IMG/VR virus record: IMGVR_UViG_2866048730_000001
Location: 1 to 64,000 of that record
From: a virus
Lineage: Duplodnaviria; Caudoviricetes
Direction: 5' to 3' (one strand)
DNA length: 64,000 bases
The position numbers were made by a program, and so were the translations under genes. Shown one piece after another: positions 19,261 to 29,580 of the stretch. Each line of letters begins with the position of its first letter. Position 1 is the stretch's first letter. Below the pieces are notes generated by a model. It did no database searches and was not told the origin of the DNA. It worked only from the letters and a program-made list of their open reading frames with translations.

Positions 19261-19973
19261 TCACCTCCGGGCGAACTGCTGGTAGATCCCCGCGACGGAG
19301 GCGTGCTTCTTGGCCGGTGCTGTCTTGGCCTTTGCGGTGGGGCGGGGCCAGGGCGGAATCTTGGGCGCCTTGCCCTTGGCCCAGTTGCCGGTGGCCCTCG
19401 TGTTGCTGTTGATCGCGTCGAAGAGATCGGCGCTCAGGTAGCGGTCGACGCCCCAGCCGAAGAGGTCCCGGCCGCCGGAGGCGAGGGCGACGGTCAGGGA
19501 GGTGTCGGGGAGCCTCTGCGCGAGCAGGAGCACCAGAGCGGGGCTTGGCCCCCGGCCTGCGATCACGTCACCGAGGTCGATGCCGTAGTGGAACCACAGG
19601 TCGGGGTACAGCCCCTCTCCGTACTCGTCGATCAGGCGGCAGAGGCCGAGGCTTCCCCCACCTGAGTGCTCGCGCCGTAGGTCTCGAAGATCTGGGCGAG
19701 CACGGCGAGGTCGCCGCCGATCGCAGCCAGGAGTGCGTCGGCCTTCTGGCCGTTGTCGGACACCAGGCGGATGGCGTCCTCCAGGAGGACCTGCTGATCG
19801 GCGTTGTCCGCTTCGAGCTGGTTCTGGAGCTCGTGAAGCTTGTCGCGGCTGGCCTTCGGCAGGCGGAGCGGGTTGATCAGGTGGACGACGTCGCCGCTGC
19901 CGAGGTCGATGTCGGTCGAGGCGTACTTGGCGTCTGCGGCGGCGCGTATGTCGTCAAGGGTGTAGCTGGCCAA
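19261..19973 (-). CDS. Tail assembly chaperones G (19632-19973) and GT via -1 frameshift
   Basis: Slippery GGGGGAA at 19653-19659 leads into the open frame ending at 19261. Confidence 0.8.
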
Positions 19974-20021
19974 GGGGGTTGTGACCTCCGGGGTGAGTCA
20001 GGGAGAGGGGAAGGACGGGGA

Positions 20022-20768
20022 TCAGGGGGCCTGGCCGGCAGTCCACGCGGTGCCGTTCCAGTACGCCTTGGAGGCGTCGCCGAGAAGAACGTGCTTGCCG
20101 GTGGTCCACGCGGTGGCCGGGCTGGCGACGACGCCGGACATGGCCGCCAGGTTGGCCGGGGTGATCGCGCCGGTCGGGGTGAAGCCGCCGGGGGTTCCGG
20201 CGGTCGCGCCGGTCGCGGGCAAGTTGGTCGCGCCGAGCGGGGTCACCGCGTACGTCCAGGCGTTGGAGCCGTAGGCCATGGGCTTCACGCCGATCGGCAG
20301 GCCGGCCAGAGACTCGGTGTCCGAGAGGGACAGGTCGTCGGCCCGGTAGATCTCTGCCTTCGGGGCGTAGAAGGCGAAGTGGTGGGTGCCGTCGATGAAC
20401 AGGGCGAGGAACGCGGCTACGGTCGGTGTCGGGTCGGTCGGGACGCCCACGCTGCCGTCGGGCAGGAGCGGCGCGTTCGAGCCGTAGAACAGGCGCAGGC
20501 CCGCCACGTCGAACTGCTGGAGGGTCAGCGCCATCGTCTCGGTGCGGGCGCCGTACTTGGTCCGCAGGTTCTTGTTCTGCAAGGTGCCGATGACGGTGGC
20601 GTCGCCGCCTTCGCTACTGATTCCGAAGATGTCTTCGAGGCTGGTGTGCCCGACGGTGTCCCAGGGGGATGTGGGGGCGAGCAGGTCGGTGGGGATCGGC
20701 GTGCCGGGCGGTGCGGTCAGGAAGTTTCCGCTGCCGACGACGAGTGTTGCGTCGTCGTTGATGGGCAA
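20022..20768 (-). CDS. Major tail protein
   Basis: W..VGHTS.ED, position before chaperones; TTG start. Confidence 0.85.
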   Translation of the reverse strand: MPINDDATLVVGSGNFLTAPPGTPIPTDLLAPTSPWDTVGHTSLEDIFGISSEGGDATVIGTLQNKNLRTKYGARTETMALTLQQFDVAGLRLFYGSNAPLLPDGSVGVPTDPTPTVAAFLALFIDGTHHFAFYAPKAEIYRADDLSLSDTESLAGLPIGVKPMAYGSNAWTYAVTPLGATNLPATGATAGTPGGFTPTGAITPANLAAMSGVVASPATAWTTGKHVLLGDASKAYWNGTAWTAGQAP

Positions 20769-20784
20769 GAGCGAGGCTCCTTAC

Positions 20785-21288
20785 TCAGGGGGATGGTTGG
20801 GCGTAAGGGCGGCTCCGCGGGCGCCGGATCTCGATCTGGTACGTGGTCTCGTACCGCCACACCCCCACCGGGAGGTCGGCGTACTGCACGGGCCCGGTCG
20901 AGGTCGCCCAGTCGGTTGCCCGGCGGGGCGCGGAGTTGATCTCCGCGCGGGTGATGTGGCCTCGGCCGGGGACGACCTTCTGGCGGAGCCAGGCGTCGCG
21001 GAGCACGACGCGGACGGCTTCGGCGAGGATCGCCGCGTCCTCGTCGCCGTCGGGGTCTTCGCAGAAGGTGTGGACCGTGACGAGGGCGGAGTCCACGAAG
21101 CGCGTGTCGCCGTTCCACTCGCCGAAGGTGGGAGCGCGGCGGACGAGCACGAGGGGGAACTTCTGGTCCTTGGCGATCAGCGACTGCACCCGGATGCCAG
21201 GCAGGCCCTCTCGCAGGAGGGCGAGCATCAGGTCTTCGACGGGGGAAAGTTCGGCGAGTGCCTTGATCTGGTCGGGAAGGCCGGCCAC
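20785..21288 (-). CDS. Tail terminator protein
   Basis: Position; LP.GVWRYE motif. Confidence 0.7.
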   Translation of the reverse strand: MAGLPDQIKALAELSPVEDLMLALLREGLPGIRVQSLIAKDQKFPLVLVRRAPTFGEWNGDTRFVDSALVTVHTFCEDPDGDEDAAILAEAVRVVLRDAWLRQKVVPGRGHITRAEINSAPRRATDWATSTGPVQYADLPVGVWRYETTYQIEIRRPRSRPYAQPSP

Positions 21289-21728
21289 TACGGTTTGCGT
21301 CTCGCCTTCTCGTTGGGGACCTGCACGCGCGGGCGCCGCTTCTTGGGCAGGTTGGAGGCCCGGGTGAGGATGAACAGGCCCTCCATGGCTCCGACCTGCA
21401 CCTCGAACTCGTTGCCGAACTTGTCCTTGCGGACGGCGGTGTAGCCGGAGCGGCCGAACTCGATCGAGGCCGCGGAGTTCGCATAGCTCTCGGCGGGGGC
21501 CTCGGGCCGGTTGGAGGTGTTCGAGTCGGCGAGGATGACGTACTTGTCGACGTCGCCTTCGTCGAGCTCGATGTGCGCGATGCCCTCGGCGCGGTGGGCC
21601 ATGAGGAGCTCCTCGGCCCGGACGCCGATCTCGAACGCCTTGGCCTCCAGGGCGGCCTGCACCCCTTCGTTCAGGGCGAGGGCCTTCTCGAACTTCCGGC
21701 CGCGCACACTGGCGTAGAGGTAAGCCAT
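21288..21728 (-). CDS. Head-tail region protein (DUF5403-like)
   Basis: AASIEFG...GLFILTRA. Confidence 0.65.
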   Translation of the reverse strand: MAYLYASVRGRKFEKALALNEGVQAALEAKAFEIGVRAEELLMAHRAEGIAHIELDEGDVDKYVILADSNTSNRPEAPAESYANSAASIEFGRSGYTAVRKDKFGNEFEVQVGAMEGLFILTRASNLPKKRRPRVQVPNEKARRKP

Positions 21729-22063
21729 CAGGGGCGCTCCCGGATGTCGATGCCCCAGTGCCGGGTGCGGCGCGATCCGTGGTGGTAGGCGGGAGGGGAG
21801 ACGATGTCCCACTGCCGGCCGTCGAACTCCACGCGGGACCACAGGGTCACGTCGCTCAGGGCAGGGTCGACGAGCATGCGGACGATGTTGATCTGCTGCT
21901 GGCCGGGCACCTCGGCCTTCGAGGAGCGTTGGGGGATGAACGCGGCCCGCACCTCATGCGGTCCGTCGCCGTCCGCGACGAGGACCTCGTTGCCGCGCTT
22001 GTCGGTGACCGTGGTGGTCTTCCAGATCCGGGCCTTCTGGCCGCGCCTGCGCTGCACGCTCAC
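21728..22063 (-). CDS. Head-to-tail stopper
   Basis: DKRGN, WSRVEFDGRQWD; synteny. Confidence 0.7.
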   Translation of the reverse strand: MSVQRRRGQKARIWKTTTVTDKRGNEVLVADGDGPHEVRAAFIPQRSSKAEVPGQQQINIVRMLVDPALSDVTLWSRVEFDGRQWDIVSPPAYHHGSRRTRHWGIDIRERP

Positions 22064-22515
22064 CAGGGCCCCCGGTCGTCGGAGAAGAGGGGGAAACGGT
22101 CCCCGGCGTAGTCGACGGGGACGAAGCCGCCTGCGCCGGGGCGGATCTTGGAGTCCCAGGCGCTGATGGCGACGCTGGACAGGCCGGGCTTGCGTCCGCC
22201 GAGCTCGGCCAGGAGGCGGATCTCCTCGCGGGTGAAGTAGACGGTTCCGGCGTCCCGGCCGATGTCCGACCAGGCCAGCGTCTCGTCGCCCGCGCGGGAC
22301 TGGGTGTAGCCGCCGGGGTTGCGCAGGTAGCGGGCCGCGGCCTTGAGGACGAGCGTCTTCACCAGGCGGGGTGCCTTGTCGGCGGGCCAGTCCCGGCCGT
22401 ACTCGGCCGCCAGGTCCGAGGCGTCCTCCAGCGCCGTAGCGGCGATGCGCAGTTCGTCCTCGTCGAGCTCCCAGTCGAGGCGGCCCTTGAGCTCGGCGAC
22501 AGTGGCGTACGCCAT
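22060..22515 (-). CDS. Head-to-tail adaptor
   Basis: MAYATVAEL, LEDAS, RNPGGY. Confidence 0.78.
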   Translation of the reverse strand: MAYATVAELKGRLDWELDEDELRIAATALEDASDLAAEYGRDWPADKAPRLVKTLVLKAAARYLRNPGGYTQSRAGDETLAWSDIGRDAGTVYFTREEIRLLAELGGRKPGLSSVAISAWDSKIRPGAGGFVPVDYAGDRFPLFSDDRGPW

Positions 22516-22583
22516 GGCGAGCCTCCTTTCGGGCAGGGCCCGGCAGGGGCCAGCTCAGGCGGGCTGGCCCCTGCACTCGGGGG

Positions 22584-23645
22584 TTAGGCGTTGGCCGGGT
22601 CGGTCTCCGGCTTCATGCCGGCCGGGGTCCACACCTTCGCGTCGGACACGCCGGTGATCTTGGCGAGCTCGGAGCCGGCGGCCGGGTAGTCGCTCTTGCC
22701 GTCGAGGGTGAGCTTGATGCCGCGCACGAAGTGCTCCTGGGTGGAGATGATCTCCTTCTCGGCCACGTCGTCCCAGCCGACCAGGATGTCCGTCACCGAC
22801 CGGAACCCGTTGTAGGTGTTTACGACCGAGCGGTCCTGGAGGTACAGGGAGTCGTAGTCGCGAATCCACCGCAGGGCGATGCCCTCGAAGCTGGTGGTTG
22901 CACCGTAGGGGACGGACTGCGGCACGGACGGGGCGCCAGAGAGGAAGATGAACGCCGAGCTGGCGAACGCGTACGCGGTGTCGGCCGGGATGGTCTGGTC
23001 GACGACGATGCGGAAGCCCATGCGGTCGCCGAGCGACGCGGTCCGCAGGGCGGACTCGGCCTCGGCATCACCGATGTTCTGGGCCAGGTTCAGCTTGTCG
23101 TCGTTCAGCAGGGCGCTCTCGAAGTCGGAGCCGACCAGCAGGTAGCGGCCTTCCTTCGGCGCGTGGAACGCGTTGAGGACCCGGCGCGCCTCAATCAGCG
23201 CGGCCCGGAGGTTCTGCTGGGCGTTGCCGATCGTCGCGTTGTAGGTCTGACCGGTCAGCGTCTTGACGGCCCGGCGCTGGAGACCGCGCGCGACGGCCTT
23301 GACCTGCGGACGGAGCAGGGTCGACCACTGGTCGATGTCGAAGTCATTCTGCTCATCCGTGAGCTTGATCGCGCTGTACGAGTTGCCGCCGAACGACACG
23401 GCGATCTTCCGCTCGGCGTACTCGTCGAACTGGATCGGCGCCGAGCGGTCGTTGCGCCACGCATAGTCGTGGAACGGCAGGATGCCTTCCACCTTCATGC
23501 TGATGGTGTCGTTGTCGGCACCCTTGAACTGGTCTATGCCCTGCTTCTGGAACAGGTTGGGGATCAGGAGCTCCTGCTCCAGCATCCCGACAGCGGTGTT
23601 GACGAGCTTCTGCGGCTTGACGACCTGGTGCTGGTTGGTAGGCAA
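22584..23645 (-). CDS. Major capsid protein
   Basis: 353 aa after scaffold; GRYLLVG; TTG start. Confidence 0.85.
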   Translation of the reverse strand: MPTNQHQVVKPQKLVNTAVGMLEQELLIPNLFQKQGIDQFKGADNDTISMKVEGILPFHDYAWRNDRSAPIQFDEYAERKIAVSFGGNSYSAIKLTDEQNDFDIDQWSTLLRPQVKAVARGLQRRAVKTLTGQTYNATIGNAQQNLRAALIEARRVLNAFHAPKEGRYLLVGSDFESALLNDDKLNLAQNIGDAEAESALRTASLGDRMGFRIVVDQTIPADTAYAFASSAFIFLSGAPSVPQSVPYGATTSFEGIALRWIRDYDSLYLQDRSVVNTYNGFRSVTDILVGWDDVAEKEIISTQEHFVRGIKLTLDGKSDYPAAGSELAKITGVSDAKVWTPAGMKPETDPANA

Positions 23646-23724
23646 GGGGTTCTGTAACTCCGGGGGCGTAGAAAAGCCCCCGGTCAGCGGACCTGGGGGC
23701 TAGGGGGAACGTTTCTTCAAGGCG

Positions 23725-24195
23725 CTAGATGCGGCGGGAGCGGCGCGCGAGCTTGCGCGGGTCCATCTCCCCGTCGTCCTCGTCAGACGGGTTCAGGCCG
23801 CCGCCCAGGGACTCGGGGGCCGGCGGCGCGAGGAAGGACCGGAGCGACTTCGCGTCGGCCTCCAGCTCCTCGACGGTCGCGCCGCGAAGCCGGGCCGCGA
23901 GCGCCTCGGGCAGCTCGAAGCGGCGGGCGACCTGGGCGACCACGAGGGAGTGCTCCAGCTCGGCGTTCTTCGCCTTCACTTCGGCGAGCGCAGACTCGAA
24001 CTCCTCCGGGCTCTTGGCCTCGGTCAGTCGCGTCTCAGCGTCACGCAGGCGTGTGCGATACGACGCAGCCTCAGTGCGAACCTTCGACAGCTCCTTGCGA
24101 GCCCAGTCTGGGAGTTCGTCCTCCGGCGACGGGGCGGGCGGGGGCTGCTCGTCGGGCTTGGTCTCGTCGGTGGGGTCAGTGTTCTGCTCAGACAC
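23725..24195 (-). CDS. Scaffolding protein
   Basis: LPDWAR..EAASYR, LRGATVEELEADA. Confidence 0.8.
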   Translation of the reverse strand: MSEQNTDPTDETKPDEQPPPAPSPEDELPDWARKELSKVRTEAASYRTRLRDAETRLTEAKSPEEFESALAEVKAKNAELEHSLVVAQVARRFELPEALAARLRGATVEELEADAKSLRSFLAPPAPESLGGGLNPSDEDDGEMDPRKLARRSRRI

Positions 24196-24197
24196 GG

Positions 24198-25328
24198 TCA
24201 CGCCTCCTGGGCTGTGGTGGTCGGTGGCCGCGCCGCCTGGGCTTCGGCCTGGTGGTGTGCGCGCTGCTGGGCTCGCAGGAAGCGGCGCCACGCGTTCAGC
24301 GCGCCCCTGCCGCTGTAGCCTTTGGTGACTTCCGGCCACAGCGCCTGGTACTGCCGGTTCAGCTCGAACAGGCCGCTGCCGTCGAACTGGTCGCGGCGGA
24401 AGACCGGCTCCGCGTAGCAGTGGCAGTGGTCGTGGAAGAGGTCGCCGTCCTTGTAGGTGGCGGACCGCTCGCTCTTGTAGGCGACTCCACGGCTGATCAA
24501 CATCGCGCAGAAGCCGCACGGGGTGCCGGTGCGGGACAGCCGCACATACCCGAGGGCCCGGCGGTCGCGGCTGGTGTGGTTCCAGATCGCCGACCGGCCG
24601 CCGTTCATCGCGACCCGGGAGGCGGCCCCGGCCTGCTGGGCGCCCGCCTGGCGGTGGGCCTCCTCACGCTGCCGGTCCGCGTCCCTGGCGGCCTGCTGGT
24701 TGTCGACCTGCGCCAGCCGCTTGTCGAGGTTGCGGGTGCCGAGCGCGTCGAGGACGGTACGGAGTTCCTCCTCCGCCTCCCGCTCGATCCGCTCCTCGTC
24801 GTCGCGAAGGCCCTCCAACTCCTCGACGAGGATGCGCTCCCAGTCCTCCGCGTGGTCGTCGAGCTGGTGCTCGTCACCGTTCTGCGGTGCCTCCCGGGCG
24901 GCGTCTGCGGTGCGGCTGGCCTGCTCGCTGACCGGCTGGTCGGCCGCCTTGTCCGGGCGGGCGGAGCCGTCGGTGGACGGGGCCGGGGCGGGCACCTCGT
25001 AGGTGCCGGCCAGGGTGGCGAACTGGCGCCGCAGGTCGCCGAGCGTCACCGTCGAGGGCTCCGGGTGGTACGGGTCGGCGACCGTCGTACCGGTCTGGAG
25101 CGCGCGGGCCAGGCGGTAGTAGGCGCGGGCCAGGTCGCGGGCCATGCGCCTGCGGCCCATCACCAGCGTGATCGCCCGACGCAGCCAGCCCGGCGCCGTA
25201 GCCGCGCGTTGCGCGGCCGGGACCTCCGACCAGAGCTTGAACGCCTCGGCGGTGGTCTCGACGCCGATCTGGCTCAGGGCGAGGTGGAACGCCTCGGCCG
25301 CCTGGTCGGCTTCGGCCTGCCGCTTCAC
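24198..25328 (-). CDS. Capsid maturation / MuF-like minor head protein
   Basis: CGFCAMLISRG, FHDHCHC. Confidence 0.75.
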   Translation of the reverse strand: MKRQAEADQAAEAFHLALSQIGVETTAEAFKLWSEVPAAQRAATAPGWLRRAITLVMGRRRMARDLARAYYRLARALQTGTTVADPYHPEPSTVTLGDLRRQFATLAGTYEVPAPAPSTDGSARPDKAADQPVSEQASRTADAAREAPQNGDEHQLDDHAEDWERILVEELEGLRDDEERIEREAEEELRTVLDALGTRNLDKRLAQVDNQQAARDADRQREEAHRQAGAQQAGAASRVAMNGGRSAIWNHTSRDRRALGYVRLSRTGTPCGFCAMLISRGVAYKSERSATYKDGDLFHDHCHCYAEPVFRRDQFDGSGLFELNRQYQALWPEVTKGYSGRGALNAWRRFLRAQQRAHHQAEAQAARPPTTTAQEA

Positions 25329-26767
25329 GCCGCCACCGGGGCGGGCCGGGCGGCCGGCTCAGGCGTTGCCCGCTTGAGCGCACTGGCCAACTGGCCGACC
25401 GAGTCGTCCTGTTCGGCCTTGTGCTCCCAGTCCTCCAGCTCGGTCTGGGTGACCCCGGGCACGCGCGCCCACAGGCCGCGAGCCGGGATGCCGAGCTGTT
25501 CGCGGAGCTTGCCGAGCGCGTCGGCGGACTGCGCGAGGCTGCGGGACTCCATGTCGCGCCACATGACCTCGCCCCGGTAGTCCCCAGCGGAGGCGATGTG
25601 CCCGGACAGCTCAGCCGCGAGACGGAAGACCCTCTCCCACGACTCGCCGAACGCGACGCGGAACTCCGCGATCTTCCTGCTCAGGGCAGTCTCGGCTGCC
25701 AGGAGGGCCTCGGCGCTCAAGTTGGCGATCTGGCCCAGGAGATGGTGCGGCGGGGTCTGGGAGACGGCACTCAGGTGCCGCACGGACATGTCGATCGAGT
25801 CGATGAACCCCTGCAACGGTGTCTCGTCCAGCGAGCCGAACCGCACGTCCGGGTCCTCGGCGAACAAGAACCGCTTCGCGTTGTGGTTGATCGGCAACGG
25901 CACGGGGTTGCCGGCCGCGTCCAGAACCGGCTCGCCCGTCTCCGGGTCGCGCTGGATCGGTGGCGCCATGCCGGAGACCGTCCGCACCTTGGTAGACCCG
26001 TAGGTCTGCGCGAGGAGCAGGTCGAAGACGCTCTGGTTGATGCGGTCCTGGAGGGCGATCATCGGCTCGATCACGCCGACGGTGCGGCCCTCCAGGTCGA
26101 CCGAGGCGGCGAAGCGGGTGACCGGGCATTCGCTCGCGCCGTGCCGCCGCAGATCCGAGACGGTGACGCTGTCCGGGTCGTCCAGCGACAGGAAGCGCAC
26201 CACATACTCGCTGCGGGCATCCCACAGCCGGGCCCGGCCCGGGTCGTCGCCCATCGGCCAGGTCACGACCGTCAACGCCGCGAAGGGCGTCTCGTCGTTG
26301 GCCGGGTCCTCGAACAGCGCGGCCGTCCGCAGCGCGGACAGGCCCTTCGTACGGACCTGCCCGTTGCGGGCCCGCTCGGTCAGCGTGAAGCTGTGGCCGT
26401 ACGTCAGCGCGCCCCGGTACACCGCGGCCTGCCGCGCGTCGAGCCGACTGCGCTGCCAGTGCTCCCACTCCACGGTCGTGGAGTCCGCAGCGGCCGGCAC
26501 GCCCCCGCCCGATTCGCCGGGCCGGAAGGCGTCGACGTACAGAGCCTGGGCGGGCGTCGAGACGAGCAGGGGCATCCAGTTGGACACCGCCCGCCTGGCC
26601 AGGAGCCGGTACTCGTCGTCGGCCTGCGGCGGCATGTACGGGTCGTCGTGCTGCCCGTGGAGGTAGTCGTCGATCCTGCGCAGTCGGGCACCGTCGCGGC
26701 CGAGGACGGCGAGGAGCTGCCGCGCGAGCGCGGCAGGAGAGACGGAGGCGGCCAGGGGAATCACCAC
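25325..26767 (-). CDS. Portal protein
   Basis: 480 aa after terminase; NWMPLLV, QDRIN, NLSAEAL, FGESWE. Confidence 0.88.
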   Translation of the reverse strand: MVIPLAASVSPAALARQLLAVLGRDGARLRRIDDYLHGQHDDPYMPPQADDEYRLLARRAVSNWMPLLVSTPAQALYVDAFRPGESGGGVPAAADSTTVEWEHWQRSRLDARQAAVYRGALTYGHSFTLTERARNGQVRTKGLSALRTAALFEDPANDETPFAALTVVTWPMGDDPGRARLWDARSEYVVRFLSLDDPDSVTVSDLRRHGASECPVTRFAASVDLEGRTVGVIEPMIALQDRINQSVFDLLLAQTYGSTKVRTVSGMAPPIQRDPETGEPVLDAAGNPVPLPINHNAKRFLFAEDPDVRFGSLDETPLQGFIDSIDMSVRHLSAVSQTPPHHLLGQIANLSAEALLAAETALSRKIAEFRVAFGESWERVFRLAAELSGHIASAGDYRGEVMWRDMESRSLAQSADALGKLREQLGIPARGLWARVPGVTQTELEDWEHKAEQDDSVGQLASALKRATPEPAARPAPVAA

Positions 26768-26791
26768 CTTCGTTACACTCTTACCATCGGG

Positions 26792-28454
26792 TCACAGGAA
26801 GAAACCGCGGCCGGAGCGGGCGCGGACCTTCTTGCCTCGGGCGCGCAGGTCGACGAGGCACTCGTGCGCGAGCATCAGCGCCGCGTAGAGGTCGACTTTG
26901 CGGGGGCTGTCCTTCGACTCCTTGCCGAAGCTCAACCCGTAGTTGTTGGTGCGGCGGACCGCATTGAGGGCGTGCCGGCGCAAGGCTCGGTCGCCGTCGT
27001 GGCGGAGCTTGCGGTCGAGGATCGAGCGCAGGAGACGCTCGTGCGCGAGGGTGCTGGCCTTGAGCGAGGAGCGCATGTCCCAGCCGATCGAGTCCCGGCC
27101 GGGGGCCTTCACGGCCAGGCCCTCGCCGTAGGTGTCGGACCACTCGGAGATGTAGGACTCCCAGAGCGCGACGTCGGCGTACATGCCCTGGACCTTGAAG
27201 ACGCGGAAGGCGTCGTGCACCGCCGAGTCGACCAGGTCGCGGGGGACCTCCCAGCCGTCGCCGCGTGGGCCGTCGGGCTTCTCCCACAGGCCGAGCACGA
27301 AGGCCGCCATGTCGCTCACGCGCAGAGCCACCAGAGCTGTGCTGTCGTCGCGGAGGCCGCCGTCGAACCCGATCACGATCTCGTCGCCGGGCTTGAGCAC
27401 CTTGGTCTCGTCGCGGAGCACGTCCCAGTCCGCCGGGCCGAGGAGGGCGTCCTCGCTCGCCACGATCTGGTTCAGCCACATCCGCCGCGAGCGCGAGGGC
27501 GCCAGCGTGGTGTCGAGGATGGACTGGAGGATCGTCTCGACCCTCAACCAGATGGCGTCACCGCGGATCTTCGGCAGGACGATCCGGATGGCCTCCGGGG
27601 TCAGCGGAGTCGCGGGGTGGGCCTCGATCGAGTCGTACATGAACCCGATGTCCGAGGCTCGGCCTTCGCGGATCTTCTCGAATGCCTCGCGCATTCGCTC
27701 GGCAACGGAATCCTCGCCGGGCAGATATGCATTGGTGATCGCCAGATAGCGCGAATCTTTCTTCGTCGCATTTCCGTCGATCGTCTCGTACATTCGGTCG
27801 CCGCCATTGCCGGTGACCCAGTGGTGCGTTTCATTGAGAACGGTGAACGTGGACTAAGGAGCGCGCGCCTTCGAGGGCGCGGTAGCTGCTTGTCACCGCC
27901 TCAAGTCGCTGGCGTCCGCCGTGGGCTCGAATCAATTCGGCGCCGGCCTTGATGCCGTACGTCTCGATGAGCTTGTCGCTCATGAGGCTCGGCATCAGCG
28001 TCATGGTGTTGCGGGTCTGGTCGCGGCTGACGGCCGCGATCTGCACCCACGCCTGGGGATGCGGCACGCCCACCGGCCGGCCGTCCTCGTCCCAGTGCGA
28101 GAAGCGGCTCGGGCCGACGAACTCGACCAGGGCCACGACCGCCAACAGCGGGTCCTTGCCCCAGCCCTTGAGCCGCTGCAACACGCCCTTGCGGTAGACG
28201 AAGCGGCCGGTGTCGTCGACCGCGTACCACCAGAGCACCCAGCGCAGTTGCTCGCGGGTGAATCGCCAGGGGCCGCCGTCCTCGCTCTTGAGGTACTCGG
28301 CAGCCCAGCCGGCCACCTGCCAGCCGATGGTGTGCTCGGGGAGCGTCCACGATCCGTCCGGCTCCCGCAGCCACGTGGGCCCGAGGAAGCTCGGTTCGAG
28401 GGCGTCGATCTCTTCCTCGGTCAGTGCGGCGGGAGCCTTCGGCATGCGGCTCAC
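26792..28454 (-). pseudogene. terL: Terminase large subunit, frameshifted by a 7-bp insertion near 27851-27860
   Basis: RLKGWGKDP Walker A in first ORF; NETHHW and GFDG in next frame; removing 7 bp restores EGARSTFTVLNETHHW. Confidence 0.85.
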
Positions 28455-28462
28455 CCCCGGCG

Positions 28463-28891
28463 TTACTCGGCGAGTCCGAGGTCCTTCTTGTAGTCGGCGA
28501 TGGCGAGCACCGCGGCCGACTGGACCTCGGGCTCCGGCTCGTGCAGCTCGATGCGCACCCGGCGCCGGTCACCCTCGGACACGAGGAGGCGCTCGAAAGC
28601 GGAGTAGATCGTCTGGAGCATCTGGCCGCTCCGTTTACCGGCGTTCTTGTAATGGCTCAGGTCTTCGCACAGAGAAAAGGCGAAGGCCCAGTCGGAATTC
28701 TGGTAGAAGTCCGACTGGCCGGAACTCCTCAGGGAGTCCCACAGGCGCTGGGCGATCGGATGCCAGTCGGGGTCGCCGTCCGGGATTTCCACTTCCCGCA
28801 TGACGCCCTTGGTGACGGGCTGGATATCGCTGCCCTTGCGCTCGCGCGGACGGGCGAGGTCCGCCTCTCGATTGGGCACGGGGCCGGGCAC
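28463..28891 (-). CDS. terS: Terminase small subunit
   Basis: WHPIA..W.SL..SGQ..FY..SDW, L..EGDRRR. Confidence 0.8.
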   Translation of the reverse strand: MPGPVPNREADLARPRERKGSDIQPVTKGVMREVEIPDGDPDWHPIAQRLWDSLRSSGQSDFYQNSDWAFAFSLCEDLSHYKNAGKRSGQMLQTIYSAFERLLVSEGDRRRVRIELHEPEPEVQSAAVLAIADYKKDLGLAE

Positions 28892-28902
28892 TCGCCACCT
28901 CC

Positions 28903-29214
28903 TTACAGCAGGCCGGGATGATCCTCGGTCCTACGGAAACGCCGGTCGTTGCGGCGCCTGGCGGCTGCCTGCGCGGCGGCCCCTTCTCTGGACGACTTGA
29001 CCCGGTGATGCCACCCGCAGAGCGATTGAAGGTTGGCCTCTCGGTGGTCGTCACCCGGTCGGATGTGGTCCACGTCGGTGGCCGGCTCGGTGCAGCGCAC
29101 GCCGTAGTGGTCCGTGGCGATGCACCGGTGGCCGTCTCTGGCCAGGACGCGGCGCCGTATCTGCGGCCAGTTCGGCGGCAGGCGAAGCCGTCTGTCAGAC
29201 GTAGTCCAGGACAC
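28903..29214 (-). CDS. HNH endonuclease (packaging-associated)
   Basis: RDGHRC...DVDHI...NLQSLCGWHH. Confidence 0.88.
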   Translation of the reverse strand: MSWTTSDRRLRLPPNWPQIRRRVLARDGHRCIATDHYGVRCTEPATDVDHIRPGDDHREANLQSLCGWHHRVKSSREGAAAQAAARRRNDRRFRRTEDHPGLL

Positions 29215-29580
29215 GAGCCTCCTACGTCAGGCCCGAAGGCAACGGCGAAGGGCTTCGGCAAGCGGCCCCCGGCAGGGGGCCAGCGGGAAGCGGCAACGGC
29301 GAAGGGGCTTCGAGGAGTTGGGCGCCTCCGGCGCCCCCAAGGGGAAGCCTCTACGACTTCAGCCTTCTACTCATATATACGGAGCTCGGGCCTGGATCTG
29401 GAAACGCCTCCAGCCGTGACGGCAGTCACACTCTTGCGATGCTCCGCTCGGAAAGCGAGTTCAAGTCTTGCATTCGAAGTGACACTCTTACTATGGTTCG
29501 TTCGACAACCCGTCAGACGCAACAGGCCCCGGAAGCGCGCCTACGCTCCCAGGGCCCCGACCTAGAGATGAGTCCTCTAG

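Noticed and set aside
184-27952. Many long plus-strand ORFs (e.g. 184-2136, 10181-12124, 17809-19665, 25421-27952)
   Set aside because: Antisense shadows of well-supported minus-strand phage genes, expected in high-GC DNA; no recognisable motifs
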